A stretch of 64,000 bases of DNA from Octopus vulgaris (Eukaryota). This document shows, one piece after another, positions 13,324 to 27,394 of this stretch. Made by a program: the position numbers and the translations under genes. The stretch's first letter is position 1; each line of letters begins with the position of its first letter. Under the pieces are notes generated by a model that saw only the letters and a list, made by a program, of their open reading frames with translations, had not been told where the DNA came from and ran no database searches. Location: assembly GCA_951406725.2 (NCBI GenBank), contig OX597814.1, positions 62,682,001 through 62,746,000 on the forward strand, read 5' to 3'.

Positions 13324-13998
13324 TCTATAAAAGGCATGATGTGTGTGCATGTATGTGTGTGTGTACGTGACTATGCACGTCCACAAATTAGCACGCATGT
13401 CGCTCCAATTTTAGGAGGACATTCGTCAACATCCTATCTGGGTTTGTCAACTTATTTTTTTCCCGAGGCACCCGCGGATAGCAGTAAAATTCTATTTTCA
13501 GCCATAGCTTTTAGCCATAAAAAATATCAGCCATAGCTTTTTGACGGCGTCTAACAAAAAAAAAAGATAAAAGTGGAAGAGGGGCAGAGAGTTTCACGGC
13601 GTCTAAACAAAAAAGGGAAAGACAAAGTGAGAGATAGAGAGAGGGAGAGAGAGTAAGTGACGACGTTCATAAAAAATAAAATGTAAAATGTTTTGTTTTT
13701 TCTTAAACACAAGATATAGTGTTCAAATTTAGGATGTTTTTGAAAGACACTATATTTTATAATCATAGTATATATACTTTCTCACGCAACAATTACAATT
13801 TATTTATTTTAAATCTTTCTCCTCCCTCTCCCTTTCACACACAGTACTTTGGGTGCGAAAGAGCTTTGTTTTTATTTTACGCCGAGTAAAAAAGTGTTTT
13901 GTTGAGAGTCGATATTACTTAGTTTGGTTTGAAATAAAGAACTTGATTAGATTAATAATCGTAACTTAATCCCGGGCAAGGCCGGGTTATACTGCTAG
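13324..13998 (+). mobile_element. Non-autonomous Helitron
   Basis: Probable 5' A|TC(TATAAAAGG); 3' GC-rich hairpin CCCGGGCAAGGCCGGG (13971-13986) then CTAG|T (13995-13999). Confidence 0.75.
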
Positions 13999-14862
13999 TA
14001 TATTATATGTATGTATAATACATAGCTGAACCACAACATAAATTCTGGAATGTAGATGATCGCTATTTTGTTTTACCATGTGAGTGATTTTGTGGTTTGG
14101 TATCAGATTTATTTCTGCCTATGCCGGCAAGCTTGATATATTTCTATCTTCAGAGAAATTGCTTATAAAAATCATTAAGGTATCGCCAATAGAAGATCAA
14201 TTATTTATGCTAGTAAGTAGCAATCAAATTCCTTGTTGGTGCTTTTCTATCCAGCTTTTTTCTAGAAAATTTTAAAGTGTTTAATCATTGGAACTTAACT
14301 TTTAGTTTAATGCAAGGCATTATGCAATATTTTTTTCATAATTTTTCTACCCACGTTACATCATTATTAAACTTCTTTTTCTCACTTAATTTTTCCATAC
14401 AGAATTTGTATCTAACTGTGAAGGAGTTTGTGACATTCACTCACTAGTTTCGAGTGAATTAATTCTAAATAATTTTTAATCCAACTACTCTCTTCTTATT
14501 CTGGGCTTTCTCTCTGACAGGTTTTCAATATTAAATATTCACTTATTATTAACTCCATGTATTTCAGTTTCCAGTATTGTGTGCTTGTGAGGAGTGTCGC
14601 TATTTATTTATTTTTACATGATAAGAACCACCACATAACTGATACACTTTAGTACATCACCGATCATTTGCCACTATTTTCAAATATACGATGGCATTTT
14701 ATTGTTTTGTCATTCTTTACCTTATTGTATCTCGAATATAATGTTTAGCAAATGTTAGGAGAGCATATAAGCATGTGTTAATGTCCGAAAGTGAAGGGGA
14801 TTTTATTCTGTTATAACTCATCACTGTTTACATTAACCAACAGGTTCTTATTAATATTAGTA

Positions 14863-15010
14863 AGGCGACGAACTGACAGTCATTAGCACGGTGTGTAAAA
14901 TCGACTGGTACTTATTTTATCGATAAAATAAGTACCAGTTGAGCACTGGTGTAGATGTAATCGACTTACTCACCCTCCGAACTTGCTGGCCTTGTGTCAA
15001 GATTTGCAGT
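14863..15010 (+). mobile_element. Internally deleted SINE family A copy
   Basis: AGGCGACGAACTGACAG head; GATAAAATAAGTACCAGTTGAGCACTGG tail as in the other copies. Confidence 0.65.
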
Positions 15011-15745
15011 CAATAGTAGGCAAGTGTAGTCTATAGTTGTGATGAGAGTTTTAAGAAAGAAATAACGATTTTTGAAATATTTCATTAGGAATGCATTTCC
15101 AGTGTTAATACTCATCGCTCCTTCAGCGCGTTGTACATTTATAAGTGTGGTATTCACTCGTTTGGGGATAGAGTGCATTCGTCACTTTCGGAATGTAATC
15201 ACAGTCACCAACTCACCAAACCTCTGTTTCGTTTCAAGAAATGTTGCCTGTTAGTGCAATTGTTATGTCTTGAAATTTTTTTAGTTTATTTCGGTATAAT
15301 ATTCTATTCATACAGCCAACAAAATGATAATTTTTTGCTTTTCATAGCAAATAAATAAATCCTTATTGAGTCCATATCACCATAAAAAACTACATGTATC
15401 ATGTATTTTTTGTTTCAACTATAGCAGTAAAAATTATTCTATATCCCTTTCTCAATATCATTGTTCGTCGTTAATGTTTCTTGCAGTTGTATTCTGCCAC
15501 AGATGAATTCAAGTTTAAGACTAAGCTCACTAACATGCTGAATGAAATTTTCTTCACTGAAAGTAAGCAAACAATAACCTATTATTTAAAAAAGTTGGAC
15601 GTTGTGATTTTTGTGTTGGAATCGATATCCATCACCAATTCAATGAACAACCTCTCACGTCATGCATGTAACCGTTCACAACGTATGTTTGCTATGCATG
15701 CATTTATCTCACTCATACATTTTTACCGTTTGTTTGCATGTACTT

Positions 15746-15815
<70 letters not shown>

Positions 15816-16456
15816 ACATACACGTACACTCACACACATGTCACTCTTCCCAACTTATCATAGGACGATTGTGTATTCTATTACGACCTACTTTTAGAAT
15901 TAAGATTCTGAATTAACATTATGGGACTCTTTCGAAAGCAGCATAGGTGAACATATCTATTCTCAAATATTTGCTACATAATCTGCTTATAAGAAGCTTA
16001 CTGTCGTAAATTATGTTCGTTTAATCTGTCATGCGCTATTAGCCTCTTTGCAGCCTCCTAATCTAATCTCTATTCAAATTACGTACGACGTATCCGGACC
16101 TGTCAAGTCTTCATAAATAGATTGATATAATACAAATCTATCTATTTGTCTGCCTGATGCGTATTTCTGTCACTGTGTCTGTTTGTCTGCCTGCATATAT
16201 GTCCATATATATTCATATAAGTAAAAGTATATTTCAGCTATGTATTATGTATTACATTATACATATATATAATATACTATATTGCATCACATCTTCCTCT
16301 TTTTCTCTCTCGCTCTCTCTCCCCTTCTCTCGCTGCACGTATACATACATACACACACATATACATACAAACATGTATACATACATACATATGAATACAT
16401 ATTATATGTGTGTGTGCGTGTGTGTGCACGCGCGTGTATATGTATACATACATATA

Positions 16457-16862
16457 TACGAGGTGACATCAAAAGGCTCCTGGACTAGGTATGTTTAATA
16501 AAGAATAACTCATTTACCTAAGTTTTAACATAATCTCTGTCGAAGTAGTCACCTTGCGTTCCTGCCACTTTGGGAATCCCTTCTAGAAGTTGTTTTCCGT
16601 AAGCGAGTCGAGGACCTTCTGCGATTCGCTCTGGATTTCGGCAACGGTGTTAACACGGCGACCTTTGAGCTTCAATTTTCATCTCGGGGAAGCGATGAAA
16701 GTCTGCAGGCGCTAAATCTGGCGAACAGGTTGGGTGTAGAAGTGATACCATGTTGATTTTGGCGAGAAACTCCCGAGTGAGGAGAGCTCGATGAAGAATT
16801 CGATTCCATGCGCTCCACAGATCCGGTCGCTTTCGTCGAATGCCCACCCTCACATGCTTCAA
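16457..16862 (-). mobile_element. Mariner transposase C-terminal fragment with one terminal inverted repeat end
   Basis: ORF 16650..16862 has HPTCSPDLAPADF (HPPYSPDLAP.D motif); TACGAGG terminus at 16457. Confidence 0.8.
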
Positions 16863-16944
16863 AGCATCGGTCTCTTTTTAAGAGCACGTAAACACACCAA
16901 CATCGGTTGTCAAGCGATGTTGGGGGGACAAACACAGACACACA

Positions 16945-17000
16945 AACATACACACACACACACATACATACACACATACATACATACATACATACATACA

Positions 17001-17082
<82 letters not shown>

Positions 17083-17275
17083 CTACAAAAAGAGTAGGTG
17101 ACGAAAAGGAACTGATAGCAAAAAGCTATCAAGAGAAGATGAGACACTATAGGAAGGGATTGATAGTGTGAGGGGTGAATATACATATTCATATAGATAC
17201 TGATATAATCACATATGTGTATATATATATATATGAGTTTGTGCGCTTGCGTTTATGGCTATATTATATATATGG

Positions 17276-17312
<37 letters not shown>

Positions 17313-17367
17313 CATAAACACACACACATATATTCATTTATTTATATATATATATATATATAAATAA

Positions 17368-17423
<56 letters not shown>

Positions 17424-17425
17424 CC
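16945..17425. repeat. Compound (CA)n/(CATA)n/(TA)n microsatellites
   Basis: Direct reading of the sequence. Confidence 0.9.
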
Positions 17426-17737
17426 ATATATTTATTTGTATCTATGCATACATTACCACACAGACACACGCACGCAACTCACAATGGATCATGGAAACAA
17501 AATAGATACATAAATAAATAGATAAAGCTAAATAAAGTTGGAAATTCTGTCATCAGCTATGGAAACCCGAACTACAAGCGAACTCCCGTGGCTTTTAAAG
17601 TTCAAGGACTTTAATTCAATGTTGCTGCTTTTCTTGTTTGTCTCCTTCATTAGAGCGACAGAAGATTAGTAACCAAGAAAGTCCTAAGCATCATACATCT
17701 CCATACACCCATACAGGTTAACTGCTTACAGGGAATA

Positions 17738-17793
<56 letters not shown>

Positions 17794-17799
17794 TATTGA

Positions 17800-17975
17800 C
17801 TCTTTTATTCTTTTATTTGTTTCAGTCATTTGATGCGGCCATGCTGGAGCACTGCCTTTAGTCGAATAAATCGACCCGAGGACTTATTCTACCGATCACT
17901 TTTGTCGAACCGCTAAGTTACGGGGACGTAAACACACCAACATTTTTTGTCAAGCAATCGTGGGGTAACAAACAC
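17800..17975 (-). mobile_element. SINE family C
   Basis: GCTAAGTTACGGGGACGTAAACACACC and GACTTATTC are mirrored at 54500-54640 (+); partial copy at 16885-16940. Confidence 0.7.
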
Positions 17976-18409
17976 AGACCCCCACACACACGTACGCACG
18001 CGCGCGCACACACACACGCACATATGAGACAAGTCGCTGAAGCTGTCTGAATACAGGATTATAAGCCCACACTGAACCGTAAATCCAAATGGGGGTAACA
18101 CCCAGATTCCACTCGGGATAGCCATCTATAACCACCCCATTCTCTCATCTACATGTAGAAATCCATACATACATGTTGAGATGCATTATACTGAATTATT
18201 TATATGTAATTGTATATAATCGTATGAGTGTACATAGACTAATATGTACGTAAGTATGAGTAGATGTATGTGTTTATTAGCGTACGTGTGTATGTGTGTG
18301 TACGTGTGTGAGTATGTGCTGTGTGTGAGTATATCTGTGTGTATGTGTACATGCATGCACGTATGACTATGTGTGTAGATATATGTATATATATATATAT
18401 GTATATATA

Positions 18410-18471
<62 letters not shown>

Positions 18472-18592
18472 TAAATCTTAGGGTAGCAAAAACTTTAGAA
18501 AAATTATTTGCTACCAGTGATCTAGCGAGAAGGATAAACTAGTCAAAAGACACAAACATATACACAAACATGCATATATATATGCGTATATA

Positions 18593-18748
18593 CGACGGGC
18601 TTCTTTCAGTTTCCGTCTACCAAATCCACTCACAAGACTTTGGTCGGCCCGAGGCTATAGTAGAAGACACTTGCCACTCAGTGGGACTGAACCCGAAACC
18701 ATGTGGTTGGTAAGCAAGCTACTTTCCACACAGCCACTCCTGCGCCTG
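18593..18748 (-). mobile_element. tRNA-derived SINE family D
   Basis: Minus strand has A-box-like GGAGTGGCTGTGTGG and B-box-like GGTTCAGTCCC; second copy at 22987-23149. Confidence 0.85.
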
Positions 18749-18777
18749 TGGAATATGTATATATATGTATATATGTA

Positions 18778-18845
<68 letters not shown>

Positions 18846-18956
18846 CAATTAAATTAAAATTATGAAGTGAATCTAACAGTTTTTGTATGTATTTAAATGG
18901 CTTATAAATACCTTCCATGCTGCAATTGTATATAAAGTATATATATATAAATATAA

Positions 18957-19041
<85 letters not shown>

Positions 19042-19086
19042 AAGTTTGAAAACGCCACTATATAAGATAAATTTTAATTTTCTTAG

Positions 19087-19140
19087 AAATTTTACATGTT
19101 TCGGTTCTTCTTGAAAAAAGGAGCCTTATCAAAAATATTT
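19087..19140 (-). ncRNA. Degenerate type I minimal hammerhead ribozyme in the pseudo-LTR; mirror copy at 22111-22166 (+)
   Basis: UUGAUAA (for CUGAUGA), stem II GGCUCCUU..AAGAACC, GAAA, palindromic ACAUGU, then A. Confidence 0.55.
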
Positions 19141-21737
19141 TAAAATGTTAAGTGTAATAAAAACAACACTTACAGGGACCCACCACACCATTTCAAGAAC
19201 CATAGGGATACAACACACAATTCTATGAACTACAATCCACATAACCCAACTAAGACTCAACCACCAAACTTCTACCCTAGGAACCAACCATACAAACCTA
19301 ACAAACAACAAACACACTACGGAAGAAACAACTACCAACACAATATCTCTGACGGAACACGAGGTACAAAAACACACTACAAAACAGAGCACCACAAACC
19401 CACTCTAAAAACTATAACAACAGGAGGCGGATAAACATTATTTTTGAACATAACTACACCAACCATCTTTTAGACCTAACACACAGGAACAGGGATACAC
19501 GATGGCAACGGACAAACAAAAGAAACCACAGGTAATTAAAATAATCAATTTCTCAAATAAAGAAACTTACACTTAACGAAATAAGCATACTTTCCAAAGG
19601 ACTTAAATTTACCCCAAACCCACAACGTTCAAATTACTATGAAATGAAAGACGATATTTCGGAATTTTGTAGGAAATTAAGACTTGCCGAGGAATTTCAT
19701 GGCAAACAAACAGATGACGAATCAATAGCTAGAAACAACAGCGACTACACCACACCCCTACAAGGGAAAGAATAAAGCCTTAGACCGCTATTGTGACTAC
19801 ATAACTAATTTCCCTTTTCAACTCACCAATAAGCAAAAATACAGCCAAAACTTTAACAAAAGATAATAGAACGACCTCATGAAACTAAGAGAAGATAAAA
19901 CAATAACAATTAAGGAGGCAGATAAGGGCAATGCGGTAGTTTTAATGAACACAAACGATTATAAAAATTTAGTACTATCCATATTAGGAGATGAAACATA
20001 TTATGAAAGGGCCCAGCATTATAATCAACCAAAAATAATGAATAACCTCAGGACATTAATCAACACATACCGAGAAGGCCTCGTGCAAATCAAGTTTATT
20101 CTACGGTATCCCTAAAGTCCACAAAAGCCAAATAATTAGTGAAACATGCAAAACATCTATCGACATACTCATCAAAATCCCTTCACCGAATGATCTTAAA
20201 CTTAGACCGATAATAGCAGGCCCAGCATGCGTAACTCACCGCCTCAGCAACTTCTTAGACACACTTATTAAACCTTTCCTAAAGCTCATCAAAAGCTACG
20301 TAAGAGACGATATAGACATGCTTAACCACCTCCCAAAAGCAGTCAATGAGAAAACCCTACTAGTATCCTTCGACGTAATTAACCTTTATTCAAACATCCC
20401 TCACACCCTAGGAATAGAAGCGATCATTTTCTTGTTAAACAGCTACTCCTTTGAACTTCCAACTCGCATAAATAAAGAACTCATAATAGAAGGACTTAGA
20501 TTTATTTTAGAAAACAATTACTTTATTTTTGATAATAATTACTACAGACAAAGATCGGGAACAGCGATGGGTACGCGTACTGCGCCTTCTTTTACCAACC
20601 TAGTGATGGGATACCTCGAAATAATACTCTACTAGAGAACACTCGAGAAATATGGAAACACTTTCTCCACCTATATCCAGAACAACTGGAAAAGATATCT
20701 CGACGACTGCTTCATCCTCTGGGATGAAAGTATAGAAAACTTGAGGAATTTAAAATACTATTAAATGGAATTAGTGAAAATATTCAGTTCACGATAGATC
20801 ATAACGAAGAAAAACTGCCATTTCTAGACATCCTCATTAAGAAAGTCGGCAACAAAATAGAGACAGATATCTATTATAAACCGACAGACTCAAAGCAGTA
20901 CCTACCCTTTGATTAATGCCACCCAAGACACACTAGAATAAATGTCCCTTTCAGTTTATCCAGAAGGATTTGTAGCATAATATCAGACACAAACACCCGA
21001 CACACACGTCTCTAAGAACTCAGAACTACACTCATAAATAGAAATTATCCACAGCCCCTAATAGACAGTGCAATCCAACGAGCACTTAAATTAAGTATAG
21101 AAGACCTGAGAACAATGAGGCCTTCAACACCATACTCCATAGCACAGCCCTACTCAAGGGAGATCCAAAGATGAACCGAATCCTCCAAACACACACCATC
21201 ATTAAAAGTAAACAGCAACCAAAATCCTTAAAAAAGATTTTAACCCAAGCTAAACTGCACTCAAAAACAACCACAAAATCAACAGTTAGAAAATGTGGAA
21301 AGCCCAACTGCGGAATCTGTGTCATCTTGGTAGAAGGTTTAGAATTCACATTAGAACAAGGCCATCAGTTTGCCATCAGAACAAACTTCACCTGTGCATC
21401 AGAAAACTTAATTTACGTGTTAATATGCGCAGGGTGCAATAGGCAGTACATAGGCAATACAAAAAACAGCCTACGAAAAAGGATGGCAGTTCATTAATCC
21501 CAAATTACGAAACTTGAATACAGGAAAATACCTGTCAGCGGACACATAGATAGATGTGCTTCAAATTAAAATCTCAAATTCACAACTGTCCCACTTTACA
21601 AATTCAGTGACAACGTAACCTTCACTCAACGCCAAAATAAAGAACTTTATTTTATTAGAAAATTCGGACCAAGTTTGAACACCCTGGGCCAGGAACATTA
21701 AAACAATATATTGGTATTCCGAAAAAAAAAATGGAAT

Positions 21738-21966
21738 TCTACCACTACCACCACGAACACTACTACTGCTGCTACTATTACTACTACTACAACCACCATG
21801 GTCACTACTATTACTACTACAATCAACAGCCTTCCACTGCTGCTGCTGCTGCTACTGCTACAGCCAAGCTGCTGCTACGACTACTACAGCCAATGAGCTG
21901 CTGCAACTTCAACCACCACCACCACCGTTACTACTACTACGACCAACAGTCACTGCTGCTACTGCC
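21738..21966. repeat. Mixed (ACT)/(ACC)/(GCT) trinucleotide repeats in the Penelope 3' region
   Basis: Direct reading of the sequence. Confidence 0.85.
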
Positions 21967-22250
21967 ATTTAAGCCACTGGTCATTTCCTTAATTTTATTC
22001 GAACACATAAGACAGCTATTATGCTTACACCCCACAAAAAACCACCATGTCGATTCTGTTGAGACCAGTAAGAAACAATTATGAACTTTTTTATTACACT
22101 TAACTTTTTAAAATATTTTTGATAAGATTCGTTTTTTTCAAGAAGAACCGAAAATGTAAGATTTCTAAGAAAATTAAAATTTATCTTATATAGCGGCGTT
22201 TTCAAACTTCTTTTTTATAAATATATACCCACTCGTATACGACCTACACT

Positions 22251-22621
<371 letters not shown>

Positions 22622-22985
22622 CTAGCACTATGACCCGGCATCGCCGGGTCATAGTGCTAGTGCATGCATATACAGCTGCGTGCGTGTGCACATACACGCG
22701 AGTACTGTCCAAATCTCCGACCAATCACATACAGCTAGCTGGCATTCAATTGGCGTATCAAGTTTCGGGCATTTTGATTGGGATTTGGATAGAAAATTCA
22801 CAAAAAAGTCACTTCTATTGATTTTTAAATGGCTTTGCGGAGTGACTGGGGAAATGTAAAGATGTGCACAACCACCCTTGGACAGTTTTAAATGACCATA
22901 GAAAGTGCGAGCTCTCTAACTAAAAAATTGTGGATTTGTATAAAGGACACACACACAAACATTTTGCCGTTTATATATATAGAGA
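22622..22985 (-). mobile_element. Non-autonomous Helitron with palindromic 3' end
   Basis: Minus strand starts A|TCTCTATATATATAAACGGC and ends GCCGGGTCATAGTGCTAG|T; perfect 19-bp stem at 22621-22661. Confidence 0.75.
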
Positions 22986-22986
22986 T

Positions 22987-23149
22987 GACAGGCTACTTTC
23001 GGTTTCCGTCTACCAGATCCATTCACAAGGCTTTGGTCGGCTCGAGGCTATAGTAGAAGACACCGGCCTAAGATACCTCGCAGTGGGACTGAACCCAGAA
23101 CTATGTCGTTGGTAAGCAAGCTACTTACCACACAGCCACTCCTGCGCCA
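22987..23149 (-). mobile_element. tRNA-derived SINE family D
   Basis: Collinear with 18593-18748. Confidence 0.85.
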
Positions 23150-24529
23150 TTGTATATATATTTCGATGTTATTTTGACATCTTCGTTCTCTTCCATTTCT
23201 ACGCTATTTTTCTGAGCTGCAGAGTTTAAGACTCTGTGGGTTTCGGGGTTTCATTAGAACTTACGTGTCCATTCTGAAATTGGCCACCGTTCCTTAAACA
23301 TTAAGCAATACCCACAGTCACCTTTCCTTAAGCCTACTTGTGCCCCCCTTCCATACTGTAACACAAAATCATCACTAGCCAAGAATTTACGTCGTGTCCA
23401 GTATCTCTTATTGTAACGATCGCTTTATTTTGGCTTATGTACTGGGCAGCAAATGTATAGTCCGGCAGTTTCAGTCTGTATCTTTCATACAGTTTTCGTT
23501 TTAAATGGACAAGTAGTGCCATATTTATTTTCTTTTTCAAACAAGATAACTTCTACTGAGCTTTACAAATTGATGCGAGAAATAATTTAATCCGATTTCA
23601 TATATGACTTATATAAAGCTGTTTTATTCGCTCTCTCCTAGATTATTTCCTTTGACAAACAAGAAAATTGCAGCGAAACTGCATGACAATGGTGTCAGAC
23701 GTAGCATGCAGACCATCGTATAACTTATTTGGTATGTACATTGCGTTTTATTTTGGCATGCGCATTGCGTTTTAATTCTTCTCTGTTTTGCGAATCAAGT
23801 GAGCATATGCACATTGCGTGTTCATACTTCTCTTTTCGGTCCCTAATCAAAATTGTTTACAGATCACAGCCATCTCACGAGCCTACGGTCGCGAGAGCTA
23901 TTCGCGCTCCGATGGTTGTGAAGTAGTCGGGTTTTAAAATATTCTTCCATTCATATTTCTTTCTCACTATCATACAGTCCAAAAACGCTGTGTTCATTTT
24001 ATATAGAAGGAAGGTTTGTCAACCCACATTTACTTGAATAAGCCCATGTAAAAAACGCTATCATGGAAGGTTGCTACTGTCTTTTATGCCGTTATGACTT
24101 GCTGTCTTTTAATGTGTGGGAGATTTTATATCAATTGCCTATTATTTTGTACATTTTCTTTTTCTTGTAACTTTTAATTGTATGTTTTAAGTTTTTGTTC
24201 GTCTTCGCATTGTAATACCCTGTCATGTGGAATAGATATGTATGTTAACTATTTTGGATATGAAATTGAAATGTGTGTGTGTGTGTAAAAAAAAAAAAGC
24301 TTAGGAAACAAACCTTTTTTCTCGTGTCTAACAGAAGGTATTGAGAACAGTATCCTGTTAGTCACATACAGTTCTTTTTACAAATATTCCAAGCGTTTCA
24401 TTTCATAATGCTTGAATATGAATGGCTCCAAGGCAGTATCAAAAAGACAACTTCACACCACGTGATTCGAATATAACAACGACGATGATGACAATAATAC
24501 TCATGATGATGAAAATTATTGCAATTTTT

Positions 24530-24712
24530 TTTCTGTTATTGGTACAAGACCTGAAATTTGGGGAAGGAGGACTAGTCTATTACATCGACCCTTTTTTGGA
24601 CCCTAAAAGGATGAAAGGCAAAATCGACCTCTGCGGAACTGGGATTCAGAATGTGAAGATGGACGAAATATCGCTAAGCATTTCGCTAACGAATCTGCCA
24701 GGTTGCCGCCTT
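24530..24712 (-). mobile_element. SINE family A, degraded
   Basis: AAAAGGATGAAAGGCAAAATCGACCTC core. Confidence 0.75.
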
Positions 24713-24835
24713 AAAAAATTAATTACAATAATAATACTTTTTTGGTTCACTGGGAAATAAAAAATTATCTTACGATTCTCATCACACAGTATGGTTTACA
24801 GAAGCATGAAGAATCGTTATCTGTCTGTTTGTCTG

Positions 24836-24909
<74 letters not shown>

Positions 24910-26419
24910 GACTGACGTGTTGTCACATCGGCTCCGAAGGTAATCGTTTATTTTGACTACTTATAGCCCTCATTTTGTGTACATTTTTGTAAATAAGGTG
25001 TGTAAAGTACCCACCTTTCGTTTGAGTGCTTTTCCAGGGGAGGAATTGGCCCCTAGGGGCAGTTTCAACCCTAATTGAATTGTATATTTTTCTTCTCGAC
25101 ATTAAAAAATATCGAGAAATTTTATTGTCGAACGCTGGTCAAATTCCTTCATGGACCAGCATTTCCCTAGCCTTGAAACGCTAGGAGAAAAAAGAACTCC
25201 TGCACGCACACACATTCTAATAGAACAGACATGACAAGTAAGAAATCAGAGACAAACCTGAGTGACGTGGAAGTGAACGCTGCAACCACTTTCGTTAACA
25301 GCCCTGTCATCACCACCACCACCAACAACAACAACGAGACTATCACTGCCACCACCACCACCACCACCACCACCACCACCACTACCAACAACAACAATAA
25401 CAACAAGAACGTTTTGCCGTCTACCATAACTGCCAACAACAACACCACTACTACAACCTCAACTACTACAAGTGACACCTCTGCCACCAACACTACCACC
25501 AAACCCAATTTTGCACAAGCGTTAAAACAAAAAAGACAATATTACACTTCACAACAGAATAAATAAAACAGACAAAAGCCCTCTTAACTTAAGAAGGTTC
25601 ACATCTACGCTTACATATACCACAAAACATCATAGACAACACACAAAAGAAAACAATAATATACAAAGTTTTAAACGCAAAAACACGCAAACCAGAACTA
25701 ACACAACCAGAACTGATTGAAAAATGTTTACTGCCGATAAGGGCCTATAAAAATTATTTAAATTGGTGGAACAAATATGCCACGATACAGGTTTGCTTCG
25801 ACAGCGAAGAAAGCGCGAAAGAACTTTCGACGCTCACCTTACAGTCGGAAAAACTCATTTTAATTCCGATCTACCTTGGTCAATGCGTGACCAAAATTTC
25901 GATAAAAAATGTCCCCTAGAAATAGAATCACAATGGCTGTTGTCAGCCATTTGCTACAAAATGGGGAAGAATATAAATATTCTTGAATTTGCTACCTTGG
26001 AGGAAAAGAAATGGTCAGGGAAAATGGTTCAGTTATTGATGCAAATAGATCAAAACCAAGCAGCACAGAGGACAAGCAAAAGGAGTACGAAACCAAACTC
26101 GCCAACACCAACAAATGAACGTATAACAACATCTGAAAAAACACTACTAACAGCAAGAACTAACGAAACAGTAAAACCAAAAGACAGTACAAAAACTGAT
26201 TCCCCTTCCCCAACATCACACATACCACACACAAGCAGTCAACAACCAGCATCAACGAAAACAACAACACAACCAATTACACAAACACACATTGAAGCCT
26301 ACAACATGCCCCTACATCCTTCCGATTCCTCGGAAATTTTGTTTTTGCCCCCCTCGAAAAGAAAAACTCTACATTGTAATTGTTCCCTCTGTGTTTAGCC
26401 CTGTGTGGCCAATAAAGAA

Positions 26420-26420
<1 letters not shown>
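24910..26420 (+). mobile_element. Tx1-related element lacking ORF2: putative 5' UTR, broken ORF1-like region and Tx1-type 3' end, between (TATC)n tracts
   Basis: Ends CTCTACATTGTAAT...AGCCCTGTGTGGCCAATAAAGAAA like the RT-bearing copies; ORF pieces 25231..25566 and 25763..26398; (TATC)n at 24836-24909 and 26421-26484. Confidence 0.7.
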
Positions 26421-26484
<64 letters not shown>

Positions 26485-26485
<1 letters not shown>

Positions 26486-26710
26486 GACATTTCTGTGATA
26501 ACGATCCCTATTGATCAATTTTTTTTCCTCCCCCCCTTTTTTTAAAACCCCCTTTTTTTGTCCTCTTTCTCTCCTTTTACGATCCCTTTTGATCGAAACT
26601 CCCCCTTCCTTTTTTTTTTTTTTCTTTTCTTTCTTAAACCTTCAAAAGAAAAGCTCTACCTTGTAATTTGTTCTATCTGTGTGCAGACCTGTGTGGCTAA
26701 TAAAGAAACA
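26485..26710 (+). mobile_element. 5'-truncated Tx1 3'-UTR-only insertion within (TATC)n
   Basis: Collinear with 1716-2003 and 36857-37056; ends GTGTGGCTAATAAAGAAACA then (TATC)n/(TGTC)n. Confidence 0.85.
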
Positions 26711-26811
<101 letters not shown>

Positions 26812-26987
26812 GTCTATCTAGGGCGGTGTCGGAGCTAAGCTGTAATATGATATACTAGGAACATACGATGGTTCGCATTCCTGAAATTGACAACAGACTA
26901 CGCGTTTAGTTTGCTGGATAGCGCCGACCATCCTTCTAGTAATTAAGTTAGATATTATCTTTGTAGTTCATTATTCTGGTAATAATA

Positions 26988-27312
26988 CAGGCCTGGCCAA
27001 CAGGAATTGCAGGCCAGTTTAATATCAGAAAGTTTTTTGAGGACCGCTTGTATACTGACAGAATTGAAGGCATTTTATTTTCTCACGTTATTGTTACAAT
27101 AATGAATGAATGATCGTTGATTTAACATGAAGTATTATCGTTGCAAAAACAGTAGTATCTTTCTTTTTTACTTTTCATTACAATCTTTAATTTTGTATAC
27201 AATTTTTAAAATGTTTGTTTAAATAAACCCGTTTCAAGAAAGTATCAACAGGTCGCAAGATAAAAGACTGTGGGGTGCGTGCGGCCTGCGGGCCTCAGGT
27301 TGGCCAGCCCTG
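26988..27312. mobile_element. Non-autonomous hAT (Charlie/SPIN-like) MITE
   Basis: TIRs CAGGCCTGGCCAAC and GTTGGCCAGCCCTG; subterminal GCGGCCTGCGGGCC; TSD only partly preserved. Confidence 0.7.
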
Positions 27313-27394
27313 TAATATGCACTGGTTGAAAACTGCTTGCATTCAACTTGTTGGTTATTGACCCTAACACTGTTGAATCTAGTACCTATGAATT

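Larger units (their letters stand above)
19033..22218 (+). mobile_element. Penelope-like retroelement (RT plus GIY-YIG), degenerate, bounded by ~130-bp inverted repeats, inside (TA)n
   Basis: KEADKGNAVV, PKVHK, RPIIAG, VSFDVINLYSNIP, SGTAMG, WKRYLDD; GIY-YIG region CGKPNCGIC...NLIYVLICAGCNRQYIGNT. 19033-19162 is the reverse complement of 22089-22218. Confidence 0.9.

Noticed and set aside
17545-17575. CTGATGA on the minus strand as a hammerhead core
   Set aside because: No properly placed stem II and GAAA follow it.
23190-23570. Possible piggyBac-like transposase relic on the minus strand
   Set aside because: Only vague motif similarity (QYISQNK), and I found no TTAA/TIR pair.
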